Virus record (IMG/VR): IMGVR_UViG_3300048549_001527
Source: a virus
Lineage: Duplodnaviria; Caudoviricetes
DNA length: 64,000 bases
Direction: 5' to 3' (one strand)
The stretch's first letter is position 1. Each line of letters begins with the position of its first letter. The notes beneath the pieces were generated by a model. The model made no database searches, was not told the DNA's origin, and saw nothing but the letters and a program-made list of their open reading frames with translations. The translations under genes were made by a program, and so were the position numbers. Shown piece after piece: positions 54,829 to 64,000 of this stretch.

Positions 54829-57800
54829 ATGCCTATTAACACAGATTTAAATATATCACCTTATTATGATGACTATGATATAGAAAATCAATTCTATAAG
54901 GTTTTGTTTAAACCGGCGTATGCGGTTCAGGCTCGTGAGCTTACACAATTGCAAACGATATTACAAAACCAAATTGAACAGTTTGGCGATAATATATTTA
55001 AAGAAGGTAGCATCATTAAAGGTTCTACTTTTACAAATCTTAATGATTTAAAATATGTTAAGCTAAATAACAAAACCGGATTTGATCCTGAGTTATATAA
55101 ACCAGTAACAGTTATTGAAGAAATAAGTGGTGTTGATACTGAGGTTGATATTGTTTATTGGGTGGAAGGTTTAATTAACAATCTTAAAGCTAGCATTGTT
55201 TCAGCGCAAATCGGTTATGAAACAAGGCCACCTGATCTTAATACTTTCTGGGTTAACTATTTAAATGCCAATGAATCCGTTTCAAATGTATCTTATAGAA
55301 AATCGTTTCAGGAAGGTGAAGAACTAAACATTATTCAGTATAAATTTGTTGGCGGACAACCACACCCAACAGCTCCTGGACCGACTATCGTTCAAACTTG
55401 CAACGTTACAGATCAAGTAAACGCAACAGGGAATGCTTTTGGTATACAAAGTGCGCCTGGTATTATTTTTCAAAAAGGTCATTTTCTTTTTACAAGTACG
55501 CAAACTTTAATTGTTGAAAAATATTCAAACGCTCCTGACGGTGTTTCAGTTGGATATAAAGTTAAAGAAGAGCTTATTGATTCATTAGGTGATAGTAATC
55601 TTTTTGATAACGCATTAGGATCTAAAAACTATAATGCTCCTGGCGCAGATAGATTAAAGTTAACTCCAATTCTTACAGTACTTTCAACTGCTAACGCTGA
55701 TAGCGATAAAGACTTCTTTACTCTTATACGTTACCAAAATGGTGACGCAGTACTTCTCAGAGACGTATCACAATATAACGTCCTCGGCGAAGAAATGGCT
55801 AAACGCACGTTTGAAGAATCAGGTAATTACGTTGTAGAAAAATTTAATGTTGTTCCTGACCGTAGAGACGGCGATCTTAAGATGCTCGTCAACCCTGGTG
55901 TTGCATATGTTAAAGGTCACCGTGTAGAAAATAAAGGTCAACGAGATTTTACTATTGATCCAATTGCAACAACTGCAACAGTAGAAGCACAACCTATTAA
56001 CCAATCTTATGGTGGATACGTAGATATTGTTGCGTTTGGCGGTACAAATACAAGTATCCCTGATATTGATAACGCAACATATGATTTACAAGATTCTTCT
56101 AATGTTGACATTGGCACAGCGTGGGTTAGAAACATAACTCCTACTAAAATATATCTTTCAGGTATTAACATGGTTACTCCTGGAAAAACGTTTGCCGATG
56201 TAAAATATATTCAAACTGGTAGCGGTAATGGAGACCATATTGAAATTGCCGAAGGATCTACTTTCAAAGATACTGACCGGTATCCAGCAATTTTTAATTC
56301 TGGGGCATATAGTTTAGAATCAACTGATAATATCACTATTGTGAAACGACTAAAAGAATTAAAATCACCTGCAACTACAACATCTATGCAGATTACAATT
56401 CTTAATACTGCCGACGAAAACTTTGTATGTAACAACGACGATGTTCTTATTATTCAAAGTGATGGTACATTGCACACAGTAACAGGTACAGCAGTAAACG
56501 TTAATAATAGCGTTCTTACAATTACTACGTCTACGAATATGACTAACACTTGTTATGTTTATTATAACAAAAGAGTTGTTGCGGCTCCTTATGCAAAAAC
56601 AGTAGCAACGCCATATATTAAAACAACATATAACCCACTATCTTCAACTCAAAAATGGAAAATAGGTTTCCCTGATGTATTTGAAATCATAAGCATTGTT
56701 GACGTAAATGGTAAAGAATGGAAAAACAGCTTTCGTTTAAAAACAAACCAAAAAGATACTCATTATGGTTTGAGTTATTATGAACATGTTACAGGTCGCC
56801 CAAAACCTGCAGCAGGTACATTAACTGTTCAAATAAAAGTATTTGAAGTTAATCCTAATGATGATTATTTCTTTACTATTGATAGTTACCCAATTGATGA
56901 CACGGCAACACCCGCGGCAGGAACAATTCCAACAAATAAAATTCCGGTTTACACGTCAACAAGCGGTAAGCGTTTCAATTTAAGAGAATGTTTTGATTTT
57001 AGGCCATACGTAAATAAAGATGCAGGTGTTGATTATACTGATACTGCCGGCACGGCCGAAACTTTTAGTATCCATACTGAAACTGCTATAGGTTTAAACG
57101 ACCTTACTCTTGGAACTCTTATTACTCCAGCAAATGATAATACCGCTGAAGCAGACATAGATTATTATCTTTCAAGAATGGACCATATTACAGTAGATAC
57201 ATATGGCACATATTCAGTAGTTAAAGGTAGTGAAGAAGAAAATCCACGGCCTGCTAAAATTGAATCAAACCAACTAGTTATTTCAACTGTTGCAATTCCG
57301 GGTTTCCCAGCTTTAACTCCTAGAGAAGCTGCACAGCAAGGAAAAAACCATTATGCAATTACAGCAAAATCGTCTGGCGTTAAAAATTATACTATGAAAG
57401 ATATTCAAAGAATTGATAACAAAATTCAAGCTTTGGAATATGAAGTATTACTCAACAGGTTAGAAACAGAAGTACAAAATCTAAACATCCTTGATGAAAA
57501 TGGATTGACAAGATTTAAAAATGGTTATATAGTTGAACCATTCAAAGATCTTCAACTTGCAAACTTGGAAGATGCTAACTTCAATTCATCAGTGCCATTT
57601 GATAAAGAAATATTAGCGCCAGCTGTGCGTACATTTCCGTTGGATCTTAAATTAAAATCAAATACAAATGCAACTATTTTTCCTGATACTGCAAACCCAG
57701 AAATTGCAACATTGAGCAGAAACTCTCATGTTTCTTTAATATCTCAAACGTTTGCAACAGGATTTAGAAATGCTGTAAGTAACTTTTATAAGTACAGTGG

Positions 57801-60264
57801 TGTTGGAAGATTATCGCCAGATCATGACAGTGTGCACGATACTGTTGCCGATCCAATCAACATTGTTAGTGATCTTACAGCACCGTTTAATAACTTTTTA
57901 GAAAACCTACAAGAGTTCTTACCATTAACTGGTACAGAAGTAACAACATTCCAAAAACAAATTGGTAATGCCGCGCAATGGTTTCCAACTACTGTAACAA
58001 ATACTAAAACATCCACTTTAGTTATGACTGAAGGTTCTACTTCTACCGTTAATGCTGGCGAAATGGTTTCTAATGTTCACTTTGAACCATATATGAGATC
58101 ACGTGATGTTAACGTATATATGTCAGGTCTACGGCCTAGCACAAGGCACTATTTCTTCTTTGATGGAATATCTGTTGATGCGCACGTAATGCCGGGCACA
58201 GAAGTTGATACGGCGAGAGAAGTAGAAAGATTTGGCGTAAAAGGTGCAGAAGTTACAACAGACGCAAATGGAGTACTAAGAGCAGTATTTAATGTGCCTG
58301 CAGAAACATTCTTTGTTGGTGATAGAGAATTAGAAGTTGTTGACGTAAGTCAATATGCAAGTATTAGTTCGGCATCCACATCTTACGGCTCTTTAATGTA
58401 TCACGCATTTAATATCGATATTGAAAAAACAAGCCTAACAGGTACTGTTCGTATTCCTTCGTTTGATATTAACACAACTACAACTGAAAGAAATGGCCCA
58501 AGACGAGCACGGCCGCAGCCAAGAGATAGAGGAAATGATAATGGAGATCCTTTAGCGCAAACATTCTTTATCAAACAAGGAATGGGAAAAGGCTCAGGAT
58601 CAGTATTTGCTTCAAAAGTTGATTTATACTTTAAAAAGAAAAGTACAACAAATGGCGTTAACATTGAATTAAGAGAAGTGGTTAATGGATATCCTTCAGC
58701 GCATATTATACCGTTTTCACAAGTTCACTTAACACCTTCGCAAGTAAGTGCAACTGACGATGCTTCAGCCGCAACGACGATTGACTTTGAAGCGCCAATT
58801 AGACTTGACGTAGAAAAAGAATATGCTATTGTGATTAAACCTGATGCAAACGATCCAAATTATTTAGTATTTACATCAAAGGTTGGAGGAACTGATATTA
58901 CTCCAGGAAATGTTGGGGCCGCGGTAGTTCAAGATTGGGGTGATGGCGTATTGTTTACTTCAACAAATAATCGTGCTTGGAAATCTTATCAAGATGAAGA
59001 TATTAAATTTGCGTTGTACCGTCATGATTTTAATGCTTCAACCGGTTCGGTAACACTTTCTCCTGAAGATCTTGAGTTCTTTAGTATTTCAACTCGTGAC
59101 GGTGATTTCCAAAGTGGTGAACAAGTATATCAAGAGAAGGCATTAACAGGTGCTACTATTGCAACGGTAAGCGGCGTACTTGGAAATAATTTTGTAACAG
59201 GCACTGCGCTTAACGAAACTTACGCAGCTGGGATGTCTGTTATTATTAAAGATAGCACAAACACACTTAGAGATATATTTACAATTGCATCAGTTGACAG
59301 CGCAACGCAAGTTACTTTAAATAAAAAGCTACCTTTTGTTGTTACAAGCGGAACAATGTATCCTTGTGTTAACGGCTCAATCAATTACTTTAATATTTTT
59401 TCAGACGAAGTATTATATTTAAGAAAAAGTACTGCTGACGCAACATTACAATTTGCGGGTGTTGATGTAACATTAAATGCATCACTTAGCGGAATTGAAG
59501 GTCTAGACAGTCGTGCAACAGCGGTCATTGAATCTGTTGATAATATTAACGTTAGTTATATCCAACCAATGATATTAAAATCTAATGATGCAATCACAAC
59601 AACCGCATTGTCAGGCCAGTTTAACGATCCTGCAAATACACTACAAAATTATAGTCTTCCTATGAAGTTTGCAGACAACAACTATTTCAATAAAAAAGGT
59701 AATTTGCTTTATAGTAAATCAAATGATACTCTTAATACAAAACCGTTTGATCTTACAATTAATATGGCAAATAAAGCCAACTCAACATCAACACCTATAA
59801 TTGATTTAGAAACTGCTTCATTAATTGCATATCAATATAAGAGCACAAATGCAGCGGATACGACTTGTAAATATATTTCAAAAACTATAGAATTAAAAGA
59901 AAGCTTAGACGCTGAAGATTTTAACGTAATCTTAACAGGATATAGGCCAAATGGAACAGATATTAAAGTTTACATTAGACCTATTAATGCTCATGATTAT
60001 ACGGACGAATCATCAATTGACTGGATTGAATTAGAATTGTATGAAGGTCTAAATTTATTTTCATCGTCTGCAAACATCGATGATTATAAAGAATTTAGTT
60101 ACAGAGTACCTTCAACTAATTTAGATAGTGGAGTGCTTACGTATTCTACTACGCTTGGCGAATTTTTAGGATTTAGAAAATTTGCTGTTAGGATTGATCT
60201 CTTGTCTGCAAATACATATCAAGTACCGTATGTCGCAGACTATAGAGGGATTGCTCTAACATGA
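54829..60264 (+). CDS. Large virion structural protein (VrlC / DUF4815-like)
   Basis: TDLNISPYYDDYD..N.FYKVLFKP..AVQARELTQLQ.ILQNQ.E.FG, APGADRLK, RFKNG..V.PF, DPLAQTF. Confidence 0.85.
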   Translation: MPINTDLNISPYYDDYDIENQFYKVLFKPAYAVQARELTQLQTILQNQIEQFGDNIFKEGSIIKGSTFTNLNDLKYVKLNNKTGFDPELYKPVTVIEEISGVDTEVDIVYWVEGLINNLKASIVSAQIGYETRPPDLNTFWVNYLNANESVSNVSYRKSFQEGEELNIIQYKFVGGQPHPTAPGPTIVQTCNVTDQVNATGNAFGIQSAPGIIFQKGHFLFTSTQTLIVEKYSNAPDGVSVGYKVKEELIDSLGDSNLFDNALGSKNYNAPGADRLKLTPILTVLSTANADSDKDFFTLIRYQNGDAVLLRDVSQYNVLGEEMAKRTFEESGNYVVEKFNVVPDRRDGDLKMLVNPGVAYVKGHRVENKGQRDFTIDPIATTATVEAQPINQSYGGYVDIVAFGGTNTSIPDIDNATYDLQDSSNVDIGTAWVRNITPTKIYLSGINMVTPGKTFADVKYIQTGSGNGDHIEIAEGSTFKDTDRYPAIFNSGAYSLESTDNITIVKRLKELKSPATTTSMQITILNTADENFVCNNDDVLIIQSDGTLHTVTGTAVNVNNSVLTITTSTNMTNTCYVYYNKRVVAAPYAKTVATPYIKTTYNPLSSTQKWKIGFPDVFEIISIVDVNGKEWKNSFRLKTNQKDTHYGLSYYEHVTGRPKPAAGTLTVQIKVFEVNPNDDYFFTIDSYPIDDTATPAAGTIPTNKIPVYTSTSGKRFNLRECFDFRPYVNKDAGVDYTDTAGTAETFSIHTETAIGLNDLTLGTLITPANDNTAEADIDYYLSRMDHITVDTYGTYSVVKGSEEENPRPAKIESNQLVISTVAIPGFPALTPREAAQQGKNHYAITAKSSGVKNYTMKDIQRIDNKIQALEYEVLLNRLETEVQNLNILDENGLTRFKNGYIVEPFKDLQLANLEDANFNSSVPFDKEILAPAVRTFPLDLKLKSNTNATIFPDTANPEIATLSRNSHVSLISQTFATGFRNAVSNFYKYSGVGRLSPDHDSVHDTVADPINIVSDLTAPFNNFLENLQEFLPLTGTEVTTFQKQIGNAAQWFPTTVTNTKTSTLVMTEGSTSTVNAGEMVSNVHFEPYMRSRDVNVYMSGLRPSTRHYFFFDGISVDAHVMPGTEVDTAREVERFGVKGAEVTTDANGVLRAVFNVPAETFFVGDRELEVVDVSQYASISSASTSYGSLMYHAFNIDIEKTSLTGTVRIPSFDINTTTTERNGPRRARPQPRDRGNDNGDPLAQTFFIKQGMGKGSGSVFASKVDLYFKKKSTTNGVNIELREVVNGYPSAHIIPFSQVHLTPSQVSATDDASAATTIDFEAPIRLDVEKEYAIVIKPDANDPNYLVFTSKVGGTDITPGNVGAAVVQDWGDGVLFTSTNNRAWKSYQDEDIKFALYRHDFNASTGSVTLSPEDLEFFSISTRDGDFQSGEQVYQEKALTGATIATVSGVLGNNFVTGTALNETYAAGMSVIIKDSTNTLRDIFTIASVDSATQVTLNKKLPFVVTSGTMYPCVNGSINYFNIFSDEVLYLRKSTADATLQFAGVDVTLNASLSGIEGLDSRATAVIESVDNINVSYIQPMILKSNDAITTTALSGQFNDPANTLQNYSLPMKFADNNYFNKKGNLLYSKSNDTLNTKPFDLTINMANKANSTSTPIIDLETASLIAYQYKSTNAADTTCKYISKTIELKESLDAEDFNVILTGYRPNGTDIKVYIRPINAHDYTDESSIDWIELELYEGLNLFSSSANIDDYKEFSYRVPSTNLDSGVLTYSTTLGEFLGFRKFAVRIDLLSANTYQVPYVADYRGIALT

Positions 60265-60443
60265 TGCTACAACGTGATAAACACTCCAATGCAATCATAA
60301 ATACAGATGTAACTGCTCTTAATAAATATAAACAAGAAAGAGCTTTACACAGAAAAGTTGATGCACTATCAAAAGAAGTTGCAGAAATTAAACAAACTCT
60401 TACACGCGTTTGTGAGACGTTAGACAAAACAGAGAATTGGTAA
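60261..60443 (+). CDS. Small coiled-coil protein
   Basis: 60 aa coupled ORF after the VrlC-like gene. Confidence 0.7.
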   Translation: MMLQRDKHSNAIINTDVTALNKYKQERALHRKVDALSKEVAEIKQTLTRVCETLDKTENW

Positions 60444-60444
60444 T

Positions 60445-61281
60445 ATGGCAAAACCTGGATTAGTACAAATAAACACCACGCAAACATTTCAAAATTGGTT
60501 TGATAAAACCAACGAAATGGTTGACTTGTTTCAAACATCGGTAGTTACGGCGTCGGCATTAGGTGATACTACTGTAGGGGATGCTGCATTAGCAGGAGAC
60601 TTTACTGCTGCTAACATTATTGCTGATACTCAAATGAAAACAGATAGTTTGGCACCATATTCGGCAGGAGCAGTTATTGGAATTGCAGGCGAAATTAATA
60701 TAGTTTCCCCAACAGAAAAAGTAACCGCTACTCTTACTCATGCGGCCGACGGACCAAGTTTACGATTTACTGATTCTACAATATCGTGGGACATTGGATT
60801 TGAAGATAACAATACTAATAACTTTCTTATTAATACAGGAATAGGAGCGTCAAAGTTTCAGTTAACTCCAACTGGTACTCTTACGGTTCCAAACCTAAAT
60901 GTGACTGAAAGTTTTTCAACAACTGGAGACGTTACTGCGAATAACGTCTTTGCAACGAATGACGTTATAACTAAATACTCCACATCTGATGAAAGATTAA
61001 AAGATAACATAATCAAGATTAAAAATCCATTAGAAAAAATGGATGAAATAAATGGGTATACATTTAACTATAAAGATAGCGGAGAAGTTGCAACCGGAGT
61101 TATTGCACAAGAAATAGAAAAAGTACTACCGGGCGTTGTTTATGACGTTAATTCTGAAAACGGAGAAACATATAAAGCTGTAAGATATGGTAATATTGTT
61201 GGGCTTTTAATCGAAGCGATTAAAGAATTAAAAGCTGAAGTAAAGGATTTAAAAGATGGTAGACTGGTCGACCCTTCCTAA
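60445..61281 (+). CDS. Short tail-fibre protein with C-terminal intramolecular chaperone (peptidase S74)
   Basis: STSDERLKDNI, GVIAQEIE..LP, VRYGNIVGLLIEAIKELKAEV. Confidence 0.88.
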   Translation: MAKPGLVQINTTQTFQNWFDKTNEMVDLFQTSVVTASALGDTTVGDAALAGDFTAANIIADTQMKTDSLAPYSAGAVIGIAGEINIVSPTEKVTATLTHAADGPSLRFTDSTISWDIGFEDNNTNNFLINTGIGASKFQLTPTGTLTVPNLNVTESFSTTGDVTANNVFATNDVITKYSTSDERLKDNIIKIKNPLEKMDEINGYTFNYKDSGEVATGVIAQEIEKVLPGVVYDVNSENGETYKAVRYGNIVGLLIEAIKELKAEVKDLKDGRLVDPS

Positions 61282-62113
61282 TGCAGGTACGAATAACAGC
61301 GCATCAATGTCTCTACAAGACATCGAAGATGAGTTCGGTGGAGATGGCGGCGACATTGAATTAAGTTATTATTATCGCCAAGGGGCATACGTTCCTGAGG
61401 TTGCATGGAATTATCGCATCCCAGATCTTTATAACCAATTATCTGGCAACATTAAAGATCCCCCTACTCCTTTATCCCTTAATGCCTTTTACGGTGCTGT
61501 TTGGGGAACTTTTGTAAATTTTCAAATGGTTGGCGGTGGTGGCGGCGGCGGTGCTGGGTCTTCAAGCGGGCGTGGCTCTAATAACGTAGGTAATGGTGCT
61601 GCGGGAAACGCATCTAATCTTTCAATGGACACAGATTCAAATTTTGGTGGCACAGCTGCTGGTGGCGCTGGTGGTTTACACGGTGATTCAACAAATTATC
61701 AAGGTACAGCTGGCGGTGGTAGTGTTTTTGGAACTGGAGGAGGCGTAACTGCGCAAAACACTAACGGGGCTAACGGATCTGGTTTTGGTTCTGGCGGAGC
61801 CGGCGGAGGAGGCGATCAAGACAGTGGAAAAGGTGATAATCTTGGGTATGGCGGAACTGGCGGAACTGGCGGTACATTATTAGAAGGTGGATCACCAAAT
61901 CCACCGGATATCAATAATAACAGATACAAATATAATAGCGTCATTACCTTTGCTCGTGGAAACCAAGGAGGCGGCGGGTCAGGTAGCTTTTCCACCGGAG
62001 GCAATGGAACCAGAGGCCGTGTTGGGATAACTTATGATGGCGACACATTTTATTTTGATGGGAATGTTGACCATATTTTAGGTTCGTTGGCGACGCTAGA
62101 TGATGTCCCTTAA
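61256..62113 (+). CDS. Glycine-rich adhesin-like protein
   Basis: SLQDI.DEFGG...LSYYYR N-terminus; many GGGGG and GAGGAGG tracts. Confidence 0.7.
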   Translation: MVDWSTLPNAGTNNSASMSLQDIEDEFGGDGGDIELSYYYRQGAYVPEVAWNYRIPDLYNQLSGNIKDPPTPLSLNAFYGAVWGTFVNFQMVGGGGGGGAGSSSGRGSNNVGNGAAGNASNLSMDTDSNFGGTAAGGAGGLHGDSTNYQGTAGGGSVFGTGGGVTAQNTNGANGSGFGSGGAGGGGDQDSGKGDNLGYGGTGGTGGTLLEGGSPNPPDINNNRYKYNSVITFARGNQGGGGSGSFSTGGNGTRGRVGITYDGDTFYFDGNVDHILGSLATLDDVP

Positions 62114-62134
62114 ACATTATGGAGAATTTTTTTA

Positions 62135-62944
62135 ATGACATATTCAAGTAATTATTTAAGAAGATGGGTTGAAGATGTAGTTGGCGACACTACAACTATT
62201 ATTGCTGACGATGTTGAAGACGCATGCTATTTGTGTATTGTTAGAAAAACTAACGGTGTTGATAAAAAAACATGGGGCTATGTAACAGCTGGATCTAATG
62301 TGGATATGTTCCATAAATTTTTAACAGATAATGGTGTTACGTTAACAACCACTATTAGAAATTTTATTAATCAATGCGCGGCGCCAAGAGGTGCTAGGAT
62401 TGTTATTGATACAAAGACATTTGAAGGTGATAAAACTCAACTGTGCTGGGGTGTTACTTTTAGACGGCAAGAAGATATCTTTTTTTATGATAGGTGGAAT
62501 TACTCTCCACACATTACAGATGAAAATGTTCCATTGCGCGGTGGTATTAAATTCATATATGATTTAACACAAGATAAGTTTGTCACTCTTAAAGTTTATG
62601 AAGGGGCGGCAACCGACGGCGTTGAAAATCCAAATGTTATTTTTAGTATTGCTGACGATGATAGCTTAACGATTGTTGATGAGCAAATGTGTGGTCACTT
62701 GAGCCTAGAACACGATCTTGAGTCTATAACAGAAATTCCTACGCCTTACAATTCTCGTTTTGCAAATGAAATACCAATTGCAATTGCTTTAAGAGACGAG
62801 GCGAAAAATGCGAATGGTACAACATTAGCATTAAAATTAGCTGAAAGAGGTTCAAGAACGCAAGGATATTTTTATTCTGGGTTTTTAAGAAGGAAAATTC
62901 ACCCTGACGAAAACAAGCAACCACTTTTTCCTCCCTTATCATAA
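62135..62944 (+). CDS. Hypothetical protein
   Basis: 269 aa ORF with GGAG RBS; no motif recognised. Confidence 0.75.
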   Translation: MTYSSNYLRRWVEDVVGDTTTIIADDVEDACYLCIVRKTNGVDKKTWGYVTAGSNVDMFHKFLTDNGVTLTTTIRNFINQCAAPRGARIVIDTKTFEGDKTQLCWGVTFRRQEDIFFYDRWNYSPHITDENVPLRGGIKFIYDLTQDKFVTLKVYEGAATDGVENPNVIFSIADDDSLTIVDEQMCGHLSLEHDLESITEIPTPYNSRFANEIPIAIALRDEAKNANGTTLALKLAERGSRTQGYFYSGFLRRKIHPDENKQPLFPPLS

Positions 62945-62982
62945 CAAAAAGGCTTTTCGGATAAATAGGTTCGAAGTACCTT

Positions 62983-62990
62983 TATAAATA
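62983..62990 (+). promoter_or_regulatory. Late promoter TATAAATA
   Basis: Exact consensus about 30 nt before the ATG at 63020. Confidence 0.8.
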
Positions 62991-63019
62991 AAAATAAAAG
63001 AAAAGTAGGATAATCTCGA

Positions 63020-64000
63020 ATGTCAAAGATTTCAGAATTAGGTCCAATTACCGGCTCCAATACCAGAACTGAAGACCTTTTTGTTATTGTTAACTTAGTG
63101 CAAGGTGACGATGGTACAAAAAATATTACTCGTTACGAACTCGTAGAAGCAATCCAATATGAAGTGTTTACAAGGATAAACATTACAGGCGGCACGATTT
63201 CAGGTACTATTCAGACAAATAACGTCATGAATAACAATACCATGAACGACAACGAATTTAACGACGGTACGATTAACGATTCAACATTATTTGATGTTAC
63301 AATAATTGGTGCAACCGCCAATGCAATGATAATCACCGCGTCTGAATTTAATGATAGTACCGGTAATAACGACGTATTTACATATTCTACAATTGATAAT
63401 TCGCAAATCATAAACAGTACTGCAAATAACATAACTATGACTGCGTCTGCAATTACAGGTTCTGATTTCTCAGACGGAACTGGTAACAACAACGTCTTTA
63501 CTAACACAACAGTCGAAAACATTACTATTGAAGGTGGTACCGCAAACAATCTTACGATGACTGCCATCACTTTGGATAACGTTGTAATGACTGACGCGTT
63601 GATTTCAAACAGTGATATCCGCGATACAGATTTAGATAACGTTGTTATTACAAACTCAGAATATGCAAATGGTACAGTTTATGATACTGCAATATCTAAC
63701 TCGACCATTGAAAATTCAAATATGATAAACGGCACAGGCAGTAACATTGTCTTTACCGATCTTACAATTTCTAATTCTGCAATTTCAACATCAGACTTTA
63801 GTGATGGTACTGGTAATAATAACATCTTTACCAATACAACTGTTGACCAAAGTTTAATTCAAAACTCAGTGATTGCCAATACAACATTTGAAGGCGCGCT
63901 AAACGATGTTGATATTACTAATGCAAGAATTTCAAGTACAACAGCAGACGGTCTTGGCCAAATTAAGTCAACGATTGAAGACTCTATTGTTTCAAACTCA
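63020..64000 (+). CDS. Pentapeptide-repeat beta-helix virion/fibre protein, 3'-partial (not in ORF track)
   Basis: MSKISELGPITG...; 327 codons open to the window end; AGGA RBS; 5-residue periodicity (SDFSD GTGNN NVFTN TTVEN...). Confidence 0.85.
   Translation, partial: MSKISELGPITGSNTRTEDLFVIVNLVQGDDGTKNITRYELVEAIQYEVFTRINITGGTISGTIQTNNVMNNNTMNDNEFNDGTINDSTLFDVTIIGATANAMIITASEFNDSTGNNDVFTYSTIDNSQIINSTANNITMTASAITGSDFSDGTGNNNVFTNTTVENITIEGGTANNLTMTAITLDNVVMTDALISNSDIRDTDLDNVVITNSEYANGTVYDTAISNSTIENSNMINGTGSNIVFTDLTISNSAISTSDFSDGTGNNNIFTNTTVDQSLIQNSVIANTTFEGALNDVDITNARISSTTADGLGQIKSTIEDSIVSNS

Noticed and set aside
62968-62975. GGTTCGAA resembling a tRNA T-loop
   Set aside because: No proper T-stem, anticodon arm or acceptor stem can be folded in the 75-nt gap, which also holds a late promoter and an RBS.
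239-63570. Many 60-170 aa track ORFs antisense or out-of-frame to long genes (e.g. 809..1000, 8735..9016, 20360..20761, 34042..34545, 44109..44573, 50957..51391, 63211..63570)
   Set aside because: They lie wholly within well-supported genes, and lack RBSs and recognisable motifs; treated as shadow ORFs.

Overview
AT-rich segment of a large T4-like (Tevenvirinae/Kyanoviridae-grade) myovirus genome. The host is probably a marine alphaproteobacterium, inferred from a pseudoazurin, an aa3 oxidase subunit IV-like gene and a ROSE-like element. Layout: (1) 1-14.2 kb, an enzyme island of two convergent operons with five radical SAM enzymes, five 2OG-Fe(II) oxygenases, glycosyltransferases, methyltransferase- and GNAT-like proteins, a fatty-acid desaturase and a QueC-like ATPase; the minus-strand arm has T4-type late promoters. 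(2) 14.3-16.3 kb, small early ORFs behind repeated sigma70 promoter cassettes. (3) 16.3-24.0 kb, a cytosine-hypermodification locus: GIY-YIG nuclease, dNMP kinase, gp42-like dCMP C5-modifying enzyme, dCMP deaminase, NPPY MTase, sugar nucleotidyltransferase-kinase fusion, HAD phosphatase, GT-B glycosyltransferase and a divergent C5-MTase; the last two share a C-terminal clamp-binding-like motif. (4) 24-29 kb, dexA-like exonuclease, gp45, gp44, gp62, regA and dUTPase. (5) 29-32.8 kb, Hsp20 with a ROSE-like leader and a membrane/periplasmic redox cassette, ending in a bidirectional terminator. (6) 32.8-64 kb, baseplate, tail and virion genes, including an in-frame split gp53, an S8 protease with a large domain insertion, a cupredoxin-bearing fibre protein and a pentapeptide-repeat protein running off the end. 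No tRNA, rRNA, CRISPR array or integrase was seen. All family assignments come from motif recognition by eye; no database search was run.
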